A stretch of 47,960 nucleotides of DNA from an uncultured Candidatus Saccharibacteria bacterium (GCA_964355335.1 CAYHDB010000004.1:1-47960), one strand, 5' to 3'. Positions 1 through 9,810 are shown, counted from the first letter of the stretch. Notes: generated by a model from the letters alone, not told the origin. Numbers and translations: made by a program.

Positions 1-993
1 ATCCATCGGTACTCCCATGCGAGATGCGGCATTGATACGAGGACCTATTGTAAAACCAATATCATCCTCCGTGAGATGACGTTGATTGACCTTAAGTTTT
101 GAGAGAAGCTTCATCAGGCCGACACGCGGAGATTTCTGCAAAACTTTCATACCGTAATACGCGAAAACACGATTCTCACCGGTAAGAGGGACCATGTCGG
201 AAAGGGTGGCGATACCGACCATATCCAACAACCATTTCTCCCACCCATTCGGGATGGGAGAAATGGTTGCTAGTTTAAAGTTTAAAGTTGAAAGTTTAAA
301 AGTAAGAGCTTGAACAAGTTTAAATACAACTCCGGCGCCACAAAGCATTTTTTCCGGATACAGACAGTCAGATTGCTTGGGATTGAGAATCGCAAAAGCG
401 GGTGGAAGTTGCTCTCCAAAATCCCCCTTAGAAAAGGGGGTTGCTTTGGGGGGTTGTGACATCCCTCCTTCCGAAGACGGCAGTGCTCCCTTTTCTAAGG
501 GAGATTTAGAGCGTAGCGGTAAGTGATGATCTGTGACAATAACATCCAACCCAAGCTCTTTCGCTCTTGCTATGGAAACAAAATCACCCGTTCCGCAATC
601 GATAGTTATCAAAAGTTTTACTCCGTCATTTGCGAATTGTTCGACCGCCTCCAGATTAAGACCGAAACCCTCGTCATGTCGATGCGGAATATAATTTATA
701 AAATTATCAAAACCAATTTTTTTAAAAAAATCGTGTAAAACCACGGCTCCCGGGATACCATCAGTGTCATAATCACTGTAAATAACTACCTTCTCGTTAT
801 TTTTTACCGCCTGAAGTACTCGCTCGACCACATTTTCCATATCCTTCATTAAATATGGGTCATGCATGTGTTTCTCATAATCCGGGGACAAAAAAGCCTC
901 AGATTTTTCCGAACCGTCAACTCCTCTTGAAATCAACAAATGATCAAGTAAAGTTGTTCCTTTTATCGGCCGTACCGCGTATTTTTTAGACAT
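1..993 (-). CDS. recJ: Single-stranded DNA exonuclease RecJ, N-terminal part (runs off the window start)
   Basis: Not in the ORF track. Manual translation from ATG at 993 is open to position 1: MSKKYAVRP...HDPYLMKDM...IYSDYDTDG...ITIDCG...VTDHH...LCGAGV...ATLSDMVPL...PRINAASRMG (all DHH/RecJ motifs). Confidence 0.93.
   Translation of the reverse strand, partial: MSKKYAVRPIKGTTLLDHLLISRGVDGSEKSEAFLSPDYEKHMHDPYLMKDMENVVERVLQAVKNNEKVVIYSDYDTDGIPGAVVLHDFFKKIGFDNFINYIPHRHDEGFGLNLEAVEQFANDGVKLLITIDCGTGDFVSIARAKELGLDVIVTDHHLPLRSKSPLEKGALPSSEGGMSQPPKATPFSKGDFGEQLPPAFAILNPKQSDCLYPEKMLCGAGVVFKLVQALTFKLSTLNFKLATISPIPNGWEKWLLDMVGIATLSDMVPLTGENRVFAYYGMKVLQKSPRVGLMKLLSKLKVNQRHLTEDDIGFTIGPRINAASRMGVPMD
419..507. 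repeat. Palindromic element inserted in frame in recJ
   Basis: 20-bp terminal inverted repeats AAATCCCCCTTAGAAAAGGG (419-438) and CCCTTTTCTAAGGGAGATTT (488-507), 19/20 complementary; adds about 30 aa just after the DHH motif. Confidence 0.75.
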
Positions 994-1066
994 CTGATTA
1001 TTCTATCACGGGGAAAATTGTTCTAACCTATTTACTATTATCTATTTTCTATTTACTATTCTCTGT

Positions 1067-1474
1067 ATGGATTGTATTTTCTGCAAAATCATAGCCGGCG
1101 AATTACCTTCCTCAAAAATCTATGAGGATGGGGACGTTTTTGCCTTTCTCGACATCAAGCCAGTAAATCCAGGGCATGTATTGGTAATTCCAAAAAAACA
1201 TTACGAAAGTATTCACGATACTCCAAACGACATTTTTGCGAAAATGAGTGTTACGGCAAAGAAAATCGCCACATCCATTCAGGACAATCTAGGGGCCAAA
1301 GGAGTAAACATCGGGATGAACAACGGCAAAACTGCCGGCCAAGTCGTCTTCCATGCTCATATTCACGTTATGCCCCGCTACGGCAAAGACTCATTCCAAC
1401 TATGGATTGGAGAGGAATCCAAAGCAGATGAACGGGTAAAAATTGCCGAGACTCTCAAAAAGGTCCTCAATTAA
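1067..1474 (+). CDS. HIT family nucleotide hydrolase
   Basis: MDCIFCKII N-terminus, GHVLVIPKKH and the histidine triad HAHIH. Confidence 0.95.
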   Translation: MDCIFCKIIAGELPSSKIYEDGDVFAFLDIKPVNPGHVLVIPKKHYESIHDTPNDIFAKMSVTAKKIATSIQDNLGAKGVNIGMNNGKTAGQVVFHAHIHVMPRYGKDSFQLWIGEESKADERVKIAETLKKVLN

Positions 1475-1503
1475 AGGCATATAAAAAGACCCGCAAAGCG
1501 AGT

Positions 1504-1698
1504 CTAATAACGACGGGGGTCATCTCTCTGCAACTGGCTGGAAGACGATTGTTTACGTGGTTCATCAATCAATAGCCGACGGCTGACCTCCGAGAATATC
1601 TCCTTGGGTGTAAATTGACCTGTCCAACCAGTCGAGGTGGGAGGGATAACGTCTCTCAAAAGATCCAAAAGCGCGCTATTCGAAATTTTCTTAATCAT
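1504..1698 (-). CDS. Small hypothetical protein (64 aa)
   Basis: ATG start, fills the gap after pgk, and is followed directly by a hairpin with a minus-strand U-tract (1483-1505). Confidence 0.4.
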   Translation of the reverse strand: MIKKISNSALLDLLRDVIPPTSTGWTGQFTPKEIFSEVSRRLLIDEPRKQSSSSQLQRDDPRRY

Positions 1699-1748
1699 AT
1701 CTAGGCTCTATATAAAATATAGCCTGAGTCGCTTACATAATCAAATAT

Positions 1749-2882
1749 TTAGAGCTTGTTTTCCAGAGCCTCGATGCCGGGCAATGTCTCATTCGCCAGG
1801 AAATCAAGCATTGCTCCACCACCGGAAGACACAAAAGAAAACCTATCCAACAGGTTCAACTTCGAAACACAAGCGAGAGTATCTCCCCCACCGACAATCG
1901 ACTCGACTCCGCTTTCTGCGATAGTGCGTGCCAACATTTCTGACCCTTCCGCAAAACCGTGTTCATAAATACCGAGCGTGCCATTCCATAAAATAAACTT
2001 TGCATTTTTAAATTGATTTTTTAACTCTTCTATAGTCATCGGACCGGCATCAAAAATCGACTCGTCTGAAGAAACCTCCGAAACCATCTTTGTCCGCCTT
2101 CCACTTGGACCGTCCACCACAACATCCACAGGAAGTACAAGTTTCGGATTCGAAACAATCTCGGAAAAATCGAATGTCCCATCCGAGCGCTTGGACTTCC
2201 CAATTTCCAACCCTTTTTCCTTAAATAAATCATTCGCAAGCGCCCCACCAATAAATACAGAATCGGCGGTTTTTAAAAACTTATTTACCAACGGTAATTT
2301 GGTATCAAACTTGGCACCGGCAAGGATAAACACAAATGGCTTTGGCGGATTAAAAGCCCTTGAAAGCCTTTCTACCTCCTCGGCAAAAAGAAAACCTGCG
2401 TAGCTAGGAAGGTATTTTGGCACTCCCACGATAGAGGCGTGGGCTCTGTGCGAGATAGAGAATGCCTCGTTCACATACACATCACCGAGTGTTGCCAGCT
2501 CCTTGACAAAGCTGTCGTCATTTTTCTTTTCTTTTTCGCCTGCAATTTTTCGGATATTTTCCAGAAGAACAAATGAACCTTCCTGTGCCCGCTCGGAGGC
2601 CTCGCGGGCGCTCTCTAAAGTTTCCGCAAAAACCACACTATAAGATTTCTTCAAATATTCAAAAACCGGCCGAAGGGTCGCCTCCTCATCAGTTCTATGG
2701 GAAATAAGTATTGTGCGAGCGCCTCCTTCTCTCAGAAAATCCAACGTTCTCCGACTTCTGACTATCCTGTAATCGTCAATTACAGCACCGTCTTGTATCG
2801 GTACATTCAAATCAATGGCAAGAAGAACTTTTTTACCACGCAAGTCACCAACCTCGTTAATAATTTTGAAACTAAACGGCAT
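1749..2882 (-). CDS. pgk: Phosphoglycerate kinase
   Basis: DLNVP, LLENIR, YVNEAFSISHRAHAS, GGALAN, DAGP, WNG, GGGDT and SSGGGAMLDFL motifs. Confidence 0.96.
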   Translation of the reverse strand: MPFSFKIINEVGDLRGKKVLLAIDLNVPIQDGAVIDDYRIVRSRRTLDFLREGGARTILISHRTDEEATLRPVFEYLKKSYSVVFAETLESAREASERAQEGSFVLLENIRKIAGEKEKKNDDSFVKELATLGDVYVNEAFSISHRAHASIVGVPKYLPSYAGFLFAEEVERLSRAFNPPKPFVFILAGAKFDTKLPLVNKFLKTADSVFIGGALANDLFKEKGLEIGKSKRSDGTFDFSEIVSNPKLVLPVDVVVDGPSGRRTKMVSEVSSDESIFDAGPMTIEELKNQFKNAKFILWNGTLGIYEHGFAEGSEMLARTIAESGVESIVGGGDTLACVSKLNLLDRFSFVSSGGGAMLDFLANETLPGIEALENKL

Positions 2883-3630
2883 TTGCGCGCTTTAGCAATT
2901 CTATAAATTCATCGGCCTCCAGACTCTTATGGCCGACCAACACTCCTTCCACTTCTCCCTCACCAAGAATACTGGATATATTCTCAGTCTCTACTGAACC
3001 ACCGTAGATTATCCGTACAGATGATGATACTTTTTGATCATAAATATCGGACAAAACTTTTTTTATAAAAATAGATGTCTCCCTAATATCAACCGGTTTC
3101 ATCGCGTCCGCGAAACTTTTACCTATAGACCACAAAGGTTCATAAGCAATTGTCAAATCCGATAAATACTTCCTTTCCACACCAAGTAGCGACTGCTTCA
3201 ACTGAGTTTTGAGAAACTCGAAGTATTCGCCGGCCACATCACGTTCCTTTTCTCCAATGCACAATATCACTTTCAGGCCCTCCCGGAGACCGGCAAGGAC
3301 CTTTTTAGAAATCACCTCGTCGCTTTCTCCAATAGTCCTTCGCTCGGAGTGTCCGATAATACAGTATGTCACCCCAAGGTCTCTAAGCATCTCGGGACTG
3401 ACTTCCCCGGTGAAACTTCCAGCGTTCCTCCAAAATACATCTTGAGCACCGAGATTACTCTTCTTACCGCCAAGTGACGATAAATATACGAATGGTGGAC
3501 AGATAACACTCTCAATATTTTTGAGCCGTCCAGCCACTTTTGACACCTTTTTACAGAGTTCCTTTGCTTCATCCAAAGTTGCGGGGTTCATCTTCCAATT
3601 GGATACGATAAGTTTCTTGTTCTTTTTCAT
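2872..3630 (-). CDS. tpiA: Triosephosphate isomerase (probable start at ATG 3630)
   Basis: NWKMN, GSFTGEVS, IIGHSERR, AYEPLWSIG and YGGSV motifs; overlaps the pgk start. Confidence 0.95.
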   Translation of the reverse strand: MKKNKKLIVSNWKMNPATLDEAKELCKKVSKVAGRLKNIESVICPPFVYLSSLGGKKSNLGAQDVFWRNAGSFTGEVSPEMLRDLGVTYCIIGHSERRTIGESDEVISKKVLAGLREGLKVILCIGEKERDVAGEYFEFLKTQLKQSLLGVERKYLSDLTIAYEPLWSIGKSFADAMKPVDIRETSIFIKKVLSDIYDQKVSSSVRIIYGGSVETENISSILGEGEVEGVLVGHKSLEADEFIELLKRANAV

Positions 3631-3725
3631 CGCTATATGATAGCACTGAACAGACACGGAATGGAACACCGGAATTAACACAGAACCTTCAGTGTTGGCT
3701 TCGTTCAGCACCAGTTCCGTGTCTT

Positions 3726-5021
3726 CTATTGAACTTCTCTCCAACCATCAAACACATACCCGCCCGAAGGACCGCCAACAAACAATAGATGCGCGAGTCC
3801 ACTTTCATAACTAATTGTAGAATTATTTTGAGCTGTTATCCTATATGCGGATGCCTCCTTTACCGAAAGATGATTCGATATACCCACCTTACCATGGGGC
3901 GCGTACAAAATAACATCCTGGGTAGCATTGCTTGATGCTTCAATCGCAATGTCTCCCCTTCCTATTTCCGCGGCGTTATTCCGCGACAAAAGCAAAACGT
4001 ATGAATTGGGACTACCGCTAGTCACTTGCGCACCATTTCCCAAAAAGATTTTACTATGATCATCAAGATCTTCCGTATCGTGAGCAATCAAGGCGACACT
4101 TTTGCCGGCAAGCGACGGATCTGTTTTGACAATTGAACCGTTATTTAAATAAATATCTCCAACCACCCATACGTGTCCTCTTAATGTCAATTCATCTTTT
4201 GATTCTACATACAGACTGCATAGGATTTTCCTGGGACCCATAGTTTCCGGTCCAACGACTCGATAAGGACACGGACCATAGTAGGTTCCTCCTGAGGAGG
4301 CTGATGCTTCCCACGCATCTATAAGCTCTTCTGAAATCGGAAAGGAAGTTGTCGCCTGATCAATACTGCCAGGATGAAGAGTCCCATCCACCGACGTACT
4401 GGAAATTGACTGATAATACGCATCTCCATCAATATCCGAACTACTTATAGTATGTGCATAGGCAGTACTCGTCGCATGGATTCCACTAATTAGGCCTAAA
4501 GGTCCTGCGGACACGACAGTCCCCTTAATCAAATTGCCATTTTCTCCTGTTACAGGACCGTTTGAATAAACATTTCCCTTTACAAGAGAACTGTTTTGAA
4601 GGAAAATACCACCGCCACCGGCCTGCAATCCGTAGTAAAATGATGTACCACTGCCGGAAGCCAAATGCGTTTTGATATTTCTTACCAAACCGACAGCATT
4701 GCCCGACGAAGTGAGCTCCAATCCTCCTATGACCGAAGTCGATGTGGCTGTCGCCTTAAAACCATTCAATGTCAGTGTCGAAGGTGACACAAACTTCTTA
4801 TTTGTCTTGTATCGATAGATAGCATCCTCGTTCACAGACTGAGACACGTACAAACTAGCGCGAGTGTTGATAAAATCACTCGCTTGTTTCGCTTGCCGAA
4901 GCACCGGATTCATAATTCCAAAACCCATAATTGCGGAAATTGTCACGAAAAATATAACGGCCAAAATCACAGCCTGCCCACCGCTAGTTTTTAGTTTTAA
5001 GTTTTTAGTTTTTAGTTTCAT
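3726..5021 (-). CDS. PilX-like minor pilin/adhesin with a large beta-rich domain
   Basis: Basic leader followed by G|QAVILAVIFF hydrophobic helix; last gene of the pilin cluster. Confidence 0.7.
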   Translation of the reverse strand: MKLKTKNLKLKTSGGQAVILAVIFFVTISAIMGFGIMNPVLRQAKQASDFINTRASLYVSQSVNEDAIYRYKTNKKFVSPSTLTLNGFKATATSTSVIGGLELTSSGNAVGLVRNIKTHLASGSGTSFYYGLQAGGGGIFLQNSSLVKGNVYSNGPVTGENGNLIKGTVVSAGPLGLISGIHATSTAYAHTISSSDIDGDAYYQSISSTSVDGTLHPGSIDQATTSFPISEELIDAWEASASSGGTYYGPCPYRVVGPETMGPRKILCSLYVESKDELTLRGHVWVVGDIYLNNGSIVKTDPSLAGKSVALIAHDTEDLDDHSKIFLGNGAQVTSGSPNSYVLLLSRNNAAEIGRGDIAIEASSNATQDVILYAPHGKVGISNHLSVKEASAYRITAQNNSTISYESGLAHLLFVGGPSGGYVFDGWREVQ

Positions 5022-5022
5022 T

Positions 5023-5637
5023 TTAATAGGAATCCCTCAATATTGCCGTACCGTAAAACTTCGCGGTACGAGTCATACTTCCGCTCCCCGCCACCAGTGT
5101 CATCTCGATTTTTACCGCCTGCGAAACGCCGGTCGCCATTCTTTGAAAAACCAGGTTACTTACTGTCACATTGGGAAGAGTAAGAGGTCCTTGATCAACT
5201 CCGTTTTGTTTTATTCTCAGCACACCACCAGAAACAAGGAACTGATAGGTCACAGCACTGCCGGTATCGTCCGTAGAATTGAGAGTCAAAACACCAGGAC
5301 TTGTGCCCAATGTGCTCCCTGCTGTATCGACGCTTTTGGCATTTCTTATCTCACGAACGACTCTGTCCAGAGAATCTATAGCGGAAGTTTGAATTTGTGT
5401 AGACAATCTCATAAAGCCATACGCCTTACTCATACCTATCAACATATTCACCACGGCCACAATTATCAAAATCAGAAGCCCGATATAGATGATAGTTTCG
5501 ACGAGGGAGAACCCGGCACACGAATAGCGCGCCTTCGCCCGAAACGGACTTCGGCAACACGAATGCGCCCACACGAATCCCCTATTTGTGTCATTAGTGT
5601 TATTCGTTTTCATTCGTGTATTTGTGTCGTGTTCCAT
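5023..5637 (-). CDS. Prepilin-type N-terminal cleavage protein (PilW-like)
   Basis: AG|FSLVETIIYIGLL class III signal with E5. Confidence 0.88.
   Translation of the reverse strand: MEHDTNTRMKTNNTNDTNRGFVWAHSCCRSPFRAKARYSCAGFSLVETIIYIGLLILIIVAVVNMLIGMSKAYGFMRLSTQIQTSAIDSLDRVVREIRNAKSVDTAGSTLGTSPGVLTLNSTDDTGSAVTYQFLVSGGVLRIKQNGVDQGPLTLPNVTVSNLVFQRMATGVSQAVKIEMTLVAGSGSMTRTAKFYGTAILRDSY
5516..5616. repeat. 101-bp direct repeat, copy 1 (prepilin leader)
   Basis: 99/101 identical to 6628-6728 by manual alignment. Confidence 0.92.
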
Positions 5638-5638
5638 A

Positions 5639-6163
5639 TTAATTGCTAAACAAATTCGTCATATATGTCGAAAGAGTTCTACTCGTGGTCGTCGCACCGT
5701 TCTGCCAAGACACAACGACGGTGACCTTTTTTGTGCCAGTATCTAAGGTGCCACTTGATGCGATATTGTCATTTGAATCTCTGCTTACATTCTCAAAAGT
5801 TGCATATCTTGTATAAAAAGAATCGATTTTCGAAGCAGTGGCGGAAGTCGTCCATCTTGTACCGTCCCAATTAAAATAATATTTTGTTGAGCCGTTTAAT
5901 CCGGAAATATTGGAGGTCCAGCCGTAATCTCGCAAAATGCTTGCCGTCTCTATACCCTCCTCCAGAAGATACGTCGCTTGTATATTGTTCAAGGTATTCA
6001 TACCCACTTTCACAAACATACTGTATGCCGTGAGAAGTCCCGTAACAGCAAGCAAAAGGAGTGCCGAACCAATGACAACTTCGATGATGGAAACACCTGA
6101 AGAAGTTTTTAGCTTTGAGCTTTGAGCTTTTAGTTTTATTGAAATTCCTGATTCTTTATTCAT
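5639..6163 (-). CDS. Prepilin-type protein (PilV-like)
   Basis: SG|VSIIEVVIGSALL class III signal; C-terminal KKVTVVVSW. Confidence 0.85.
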   Translation of the reverse strand: MNKESGISIKLKAQSSKLKTSSGVSIIEVVIGSALLLLAVTGLLTAYSMFVKVGMNTLNNIQATYLLEEGIETASILRDYGWTSNISGLNGSTKYYFNWDGTRWTTSATASKIDSFYTRYATFENVSRDSNDNIASSGTLDTGTKKVTVVVSWQNGATTTSRTLSTYMTNLFSN

Positions 6164-6179
6164 AATTCGTGATTCTGCC

Positions 6180-6731
6180 CTAATTACTCGACACCAACCC
6201 AGTCCCGTTTATAGTTATTGTCTTTGTTTGAGCTGGACTAGCAACCAAAGAAAGAGTCACCGTACCGGTTTGAGACGTAGCACCGGTCAGCCGGTCAAAT
6301 AAAACATTACTTCCACCTCCAGACAGTGAAATGTTGGATATCGAAACCCTTCCACTCATTATTTCTGACTTATTTGTTGTGGCCCCAGCAGAATAAGTAG
6401 GACCGACATACAGGACCGCTCTATTGGATTCAAAATGGACTCCAAAAGATTGTGCATTTTTAGCAGACAAAGTGGAAGCTCGCGCATCGTTTAGCAGGGA
6501 CAGAACTATAGCCGTCTGCTTGTCCAAAGCTTCTCTGTCTGCCATTTTGGAAAAAACACCCATGGTTAAAAGTGATATTATCCCAGCAATCGAGATGACA
6601 ATCAGGAGTTCAACCAGGGTAAATCCAGCACACGAATAGCGCGCCTTCACCCGAAACGGACTTCGGCAACACGAATGTGCCCACACGAATCCCCTATTTG
6701 TGTCATTAGTGTTATTCGTTTTCATTCGCAT
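6180..6731 (-). CDS. Prepilin-type protein (FimT/GspH-like)
   Basis: AG|FTLVELLIVISIAGII signal; AR..TL and VLFDRLTG motifs. Confidence 0.88.
   Translation of the reverse strand: MRMKTNNTNDTNRGFVWAHSCCRSPFRVKARYSCAGFTLVELLIVISIAGIISLLTMGVFSKMADREALDKQTAIVLSLLNDARASTLSAKNAQSFGVHFESNRAVLYVGPTYSAGATTNKSEIMSGRVSISNISLSGGGSNVLFDRLTGATSQTGTVTLSLVASPAQTKTITINGTGLVSSN
6628..6728. repeat. 101-bp direct repeat, copy 2 (prepilin leader)
   Basis: 99/101 identical to 5516-5616. Confidence 0.92.
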
Positions 6732-6749
6732 ATTGGTGTTGTGTCAGCA

Positions 6750-7964
6750 CTAAACATTATTAAGCACACTATACATCGGAGTAATCATCGAGACGGCGAA
6801 AAATCCTACGACGACTCCGATAACGACCATAAGAAACGGTTCAATAATCGTAGACATATCCTTCGTCTTCTCGGTAACCTCATCCTCATAAAACGCGCCT
6901 ACACCCGCAAGCATCTCGGAAAGTTTACCGGTCTCCTCACCGACAGCAGCCATTTCCGAAAGAAATCCCGGATAAAGGTCTTCTCTTTCCATAAAAACTT
7001 TTGAAATAGGAATACCTTTTTCTATATTTTTTCCCGCCTGAGCCAGAACCTCCTTAAAATATGAATTTTGCAAAACCTCCTCGGTAATAGCCAGCGCTCT
7101 AGTGACAGGTACGCCGGATGACAAAAGTGATGACAATGTTCTAGCTGTGCGCGCAGTGTTCGTCTCCCTATCCAGGGTCCCGATAATTGGAATGCGCAAA
7201 ATAATATAATCGGCTATCCTTCTCCCTGTTTTTGTTCTCAAAAATAAATAAATGGAAGAAAAAACGACTACCGCGATGAGGATACCTAGCAGTGAGTTGT
7301 ATCTAAGGAAATCACTGACACCTATAACAATCTTGGTTGAAGTCGGCAATTCACTGTTTAGCTCTTTAAAGGTCTCGGAAAGTGTTGGAACAACATAAAT
7401 CATCATGAAAACTCCAATGAGCAACATGACGGACAAAATAATTCCCGGGTACAACATCGCCCCGCGAACCTTTCTTTCCAACGCATACGCACTGTCCATC
7501 TGACTCGCCACAATCTTTAAAGATCCGGACAGACTTCCACTCTCCTCTCCTGCCCTGGTCATCGATACGAAAAGTTTGGAAAAAACTCCTGGAAAATTCT
7601 CCAGCGACTCACTTAGGGTTTTTCCCTTTTCAACATTCTCTCTCAAGGCAGTCATAAGATTTTTCAACTTTGGCTTCTTACTTTGGCGTTCCATCACATT
7701 TAGAGCTCGGGAAAGTGATAGACCGGCCTCAAGCATTGCACCCAGATTTCTGGCAATTATTATCTTGTCGTGAGGACCGACCCTACCAAAAAAAGACAGC
7801 CGATTGATGATATTCCACGCTTTCGCGGGCTTAACTTCGGAAACCGTCACCACTATCTCCTCTTGTTTGCGCAAATCTCTGTACAGTGAATACTTATCAA
7901 GCGCTTCACGCTCTCCTTCATATATTTCACCGTCGGCTTTTTGGGCTTTGTATTTAAAACGCAT
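6750..7964 (-). CDS. pilC: Type IV pilus platform protein PilC / T2SS F family (probable start at ATG 7964)
   Basis: Two T2SSF repeats (AGEESGSL, VGEETGKL), AMLYP and IEPFLMV. Confidence 0.93.
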   Translation of the reverse strand: MRFKYKAQKADGEIYEGEREALDKYSLYRDLRKQEEIVVTVSEVKPAKAWNIINRLSFFGRVGPHDKIIIARNLGAMLEAGLSLSRALNVMERQSKKPKLKNLMTALRENVEKGKTLSESLENFPGVFSKLFVSMTRAGEESGSLSGSLKIVASQMDSAYALERKVRGAMLYPGIILSVMLLIGVFMMIYVVPTLSETFKELNSELPTSTKIVIGVSDFLRYNSLLGILIAVVVFSSIYLFLRTKTGRRIADYIILRIPIIGTLDRETNTARTARTLSSLLSSGVPVTRALAITEEVLQNSYFKEVLAQAGKNIEKGIPISKVFMEREDLYPGFLSEMAAVGEETGKLSEMLAGVGAFYEDEVTEKTKDMSTIIEPFLMVVIGVVVGFFAVSMITPMYSVLNNV

Positions 7965-8058
7965 AAGAAAGTTCAAAACGCAAAACTAAAAAATAAAAAC
8001 TTCAGATGAAAAAATGTTAAGATTCATAAACTTTGCACTTTTAGTTTTTAACTTTTAC

Positions 8059-9810
8059 TTATTCGGATACAACTCTAAACACCTCCTCAATCGTCGTGAT
8101 GCCTTCTGCACATTTGAAAATACCGTCCTCAAGCATGGTCAGCATCCCCTCCTTTCTGGCCTGAATTTCAATCTCGTTTGATGAGGCCCCTTTAAGAATA
8201 AGGTCTCTAATGGTCGGGGTCACCTTTAGGGTTTCGTGAATACCGATACGACTTGAGTAACCGTCTTTACATTCGGGACATGACGCAGGTTTATACATTG
8301 GCACCTTCTCCCACGTGACATCACCGGCAACAATCTTTTCAGCTTTTAATGCCTTGAGTACGCGGTCGAGGTCAACGGACTTCCCAAGTGTCACCAAAGC
8401 CGCTTTATTGAGAAAATATTTCTCCTTATTTGTGAACAACTTTCTGACGAGTCTCTGGGCGATGATGACATTGACCGTGGACACAATTAGAAATGGCTCC
8501 ACCTTCATATCCAATAGACGTGGGATTGCTCCCGCAGCTGAGTTGGTATGCAAAGTCGAAAGCACGAGATGTCCCGTGAGAGAAGCGTTTACCGCGAGTC
8601 CGGCAGTCTCATTGTCGCGAATTTCTCCCACCATGATGATATCGGGGTCCTGTCTGACCAAGGTACGGAGGCCTGCGCCAAAAGTAAAGCCTATCTCTGG
8701 TTTTACCTGAGTTTGGTTTACCCTTGGCATCTGATATTCGATAGGGTCCTCGACGGTTGAAATGTTGACCTCGGGTGTATTCAAAATATCAAGAATCGTG
8801 TAGAGAGTGGTAGTCTTTCCGCTACCTGTCGGACCCGTGGTCAATATCATGCCAGTCTTCTGTTTCATACCATAATGTATTTTCTCCAATGAATCCCCGT
8901 GAAAACCTATACCTTCGAGTGTAAACCCTGAGGAGCCCTCCTTCAGTAAACGCATGACAATCTTTTCACCAAAAAACGTCGGCATAACGGAAACACGAAA
9001 AGAAACTTTTTCGTTTGAAACTTCCACCTTGAAACGCCCATCTTGAGGAAGACGTTTTTCATCAAGTTTCAAACTGGCCAAAACTTTTATACGCGCAGTA
9101 ATGCTCCCCGAAGCATTTTTCGGCAGAGTCATGGTGTCGTGGAGAATACCGTCTATTCGGTATCGCACCAAAACCTCCGTCTCCATCGGCTCGATATGGA
9201 TATCTGAAGCATTCTGCAATATCGCGTGCTTGAGTAGAGTGTCGACAATACGGACAATCGGTAAATCTTCGGCCATCTTCTTCAAATCCTTCGGGTCCAA
9301 ATCCCCCACTGAAACATCGGGTACCGATTTCAAGGCCGCGGTTTCCTTCTGAATAATATCTCCGAACTCAGCCTTCAATGATTTTTGGTATTGCAAAAGC
9401 GCGCTCTTCAAAGACTCCTTGTCGGTAAGGCGTGGCGTGATTTTCAAATGTACCTTCTTTTTTATGAAATCAATGGCAGTGAGGTCATCCGTATCGAGCA
9501 TCGCCACTTCCAATGCAGTATCGTCTTTTTTAAAAGCAACAATATTGTGACTTCGAGCAATCGGTTCGGGAATAAGCGACAAAACATCAAAATCAAGCTT
9601 CTGTCCTTTAAGGTCGACAAAGGGAATGCCGAGCACATAAGCTTGCACCTTGCGCAAATCATCATCGGTAATCTTGCCCTTAGTGACAAGTACTGTGCCG
9701 ATACTTTGGTTCGTCTTTTCCGCTTCCTTAGCGGTTTCTTCAAGATCAGTGCGAGTGACCAATCCGGAATCCAAAATAAACTCCCGAAGTTGTTTTTCTT
9801 CTATGAACAC
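8059..9810 (-). CDS. pilB: Type IV pilus assembly ATPase PilB (GspE/PulE family)
   Basis: ASDIHIEP, RLPQDGRF, Walker A GPTGSGKTT, VEDPIEY, RQDPDIIMVGEIRD and GHLVLSTLHTN. Confidence 0.95.
   Translation of the reverse strand: MFIEEKQLREFILDSGLVTRTDLEETAKEAEKTNQSIGTVLVTKGKITDDDLRKVQAYVLGIPFVDLKGQKLDFDVLSLIPEPIARSHNIVAFKKDDTALEVAMLDTDDLTAIDFIKKKVHLKITPRLTDKESLKSALLQYQKSLKAEFGDIIQKETAALKSVPDVSVGDLDPKDLKKMAEDLPIVRIVDTLLKHAILQNASDIHIEPMETEVLVRYRIDGILHDTMTLPKNASGSITARIKVLASLKLDEKRLPQDGRFKVEVSNEKVSFRVSVMPTFFGEKIVMRLLKEGSSGFTLEGIGFHGDSLEKIHYGMKQKTGMILTTGPTGSGKTTTLYTILDILNTPEVNISTVEDPIEYQMPRVNQTQVKPEIGFTFGAGLRTLVRQDPDIIMVGEIRDNETAGLAVNASLTGHLVLSTLHTNSAAGAIPRLLDMKVEPFLIVSTVNVIIAQRLVRKLFTNKEKYFLNKAALVTLGKSVDLDRVLKALKAEKIVAGDVTWEKVPMYKPASCPECKDGYSSRIGIHETLKVTPTIRDLILKGASSNEIEIQARKEGMLTMLEDGIFKCAEGITTIEEVFRVVSE

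Noticed and set aside
2920-2950. TpiA loop-8 variant LVGHKSL instead of LVGGASL as a sign of pseudogenisation
   Set aside because: The catalytic Lys, His and Glu motifs are intact and the gene is coupled to pgk; more likely lineage divergence.
4864-5649. 261-aa plus-strand ORF and the many other antisense or nested ORFs in the track
   Set aside because: They are shadows of well-supported genes on the opposite strand or frame and have no recognisable motifs.
5516-6728. Repeats as a CRISPR array
   Set aside because: There are only two long copies, inside coding leaders, with no regular spacers and no cas genes.
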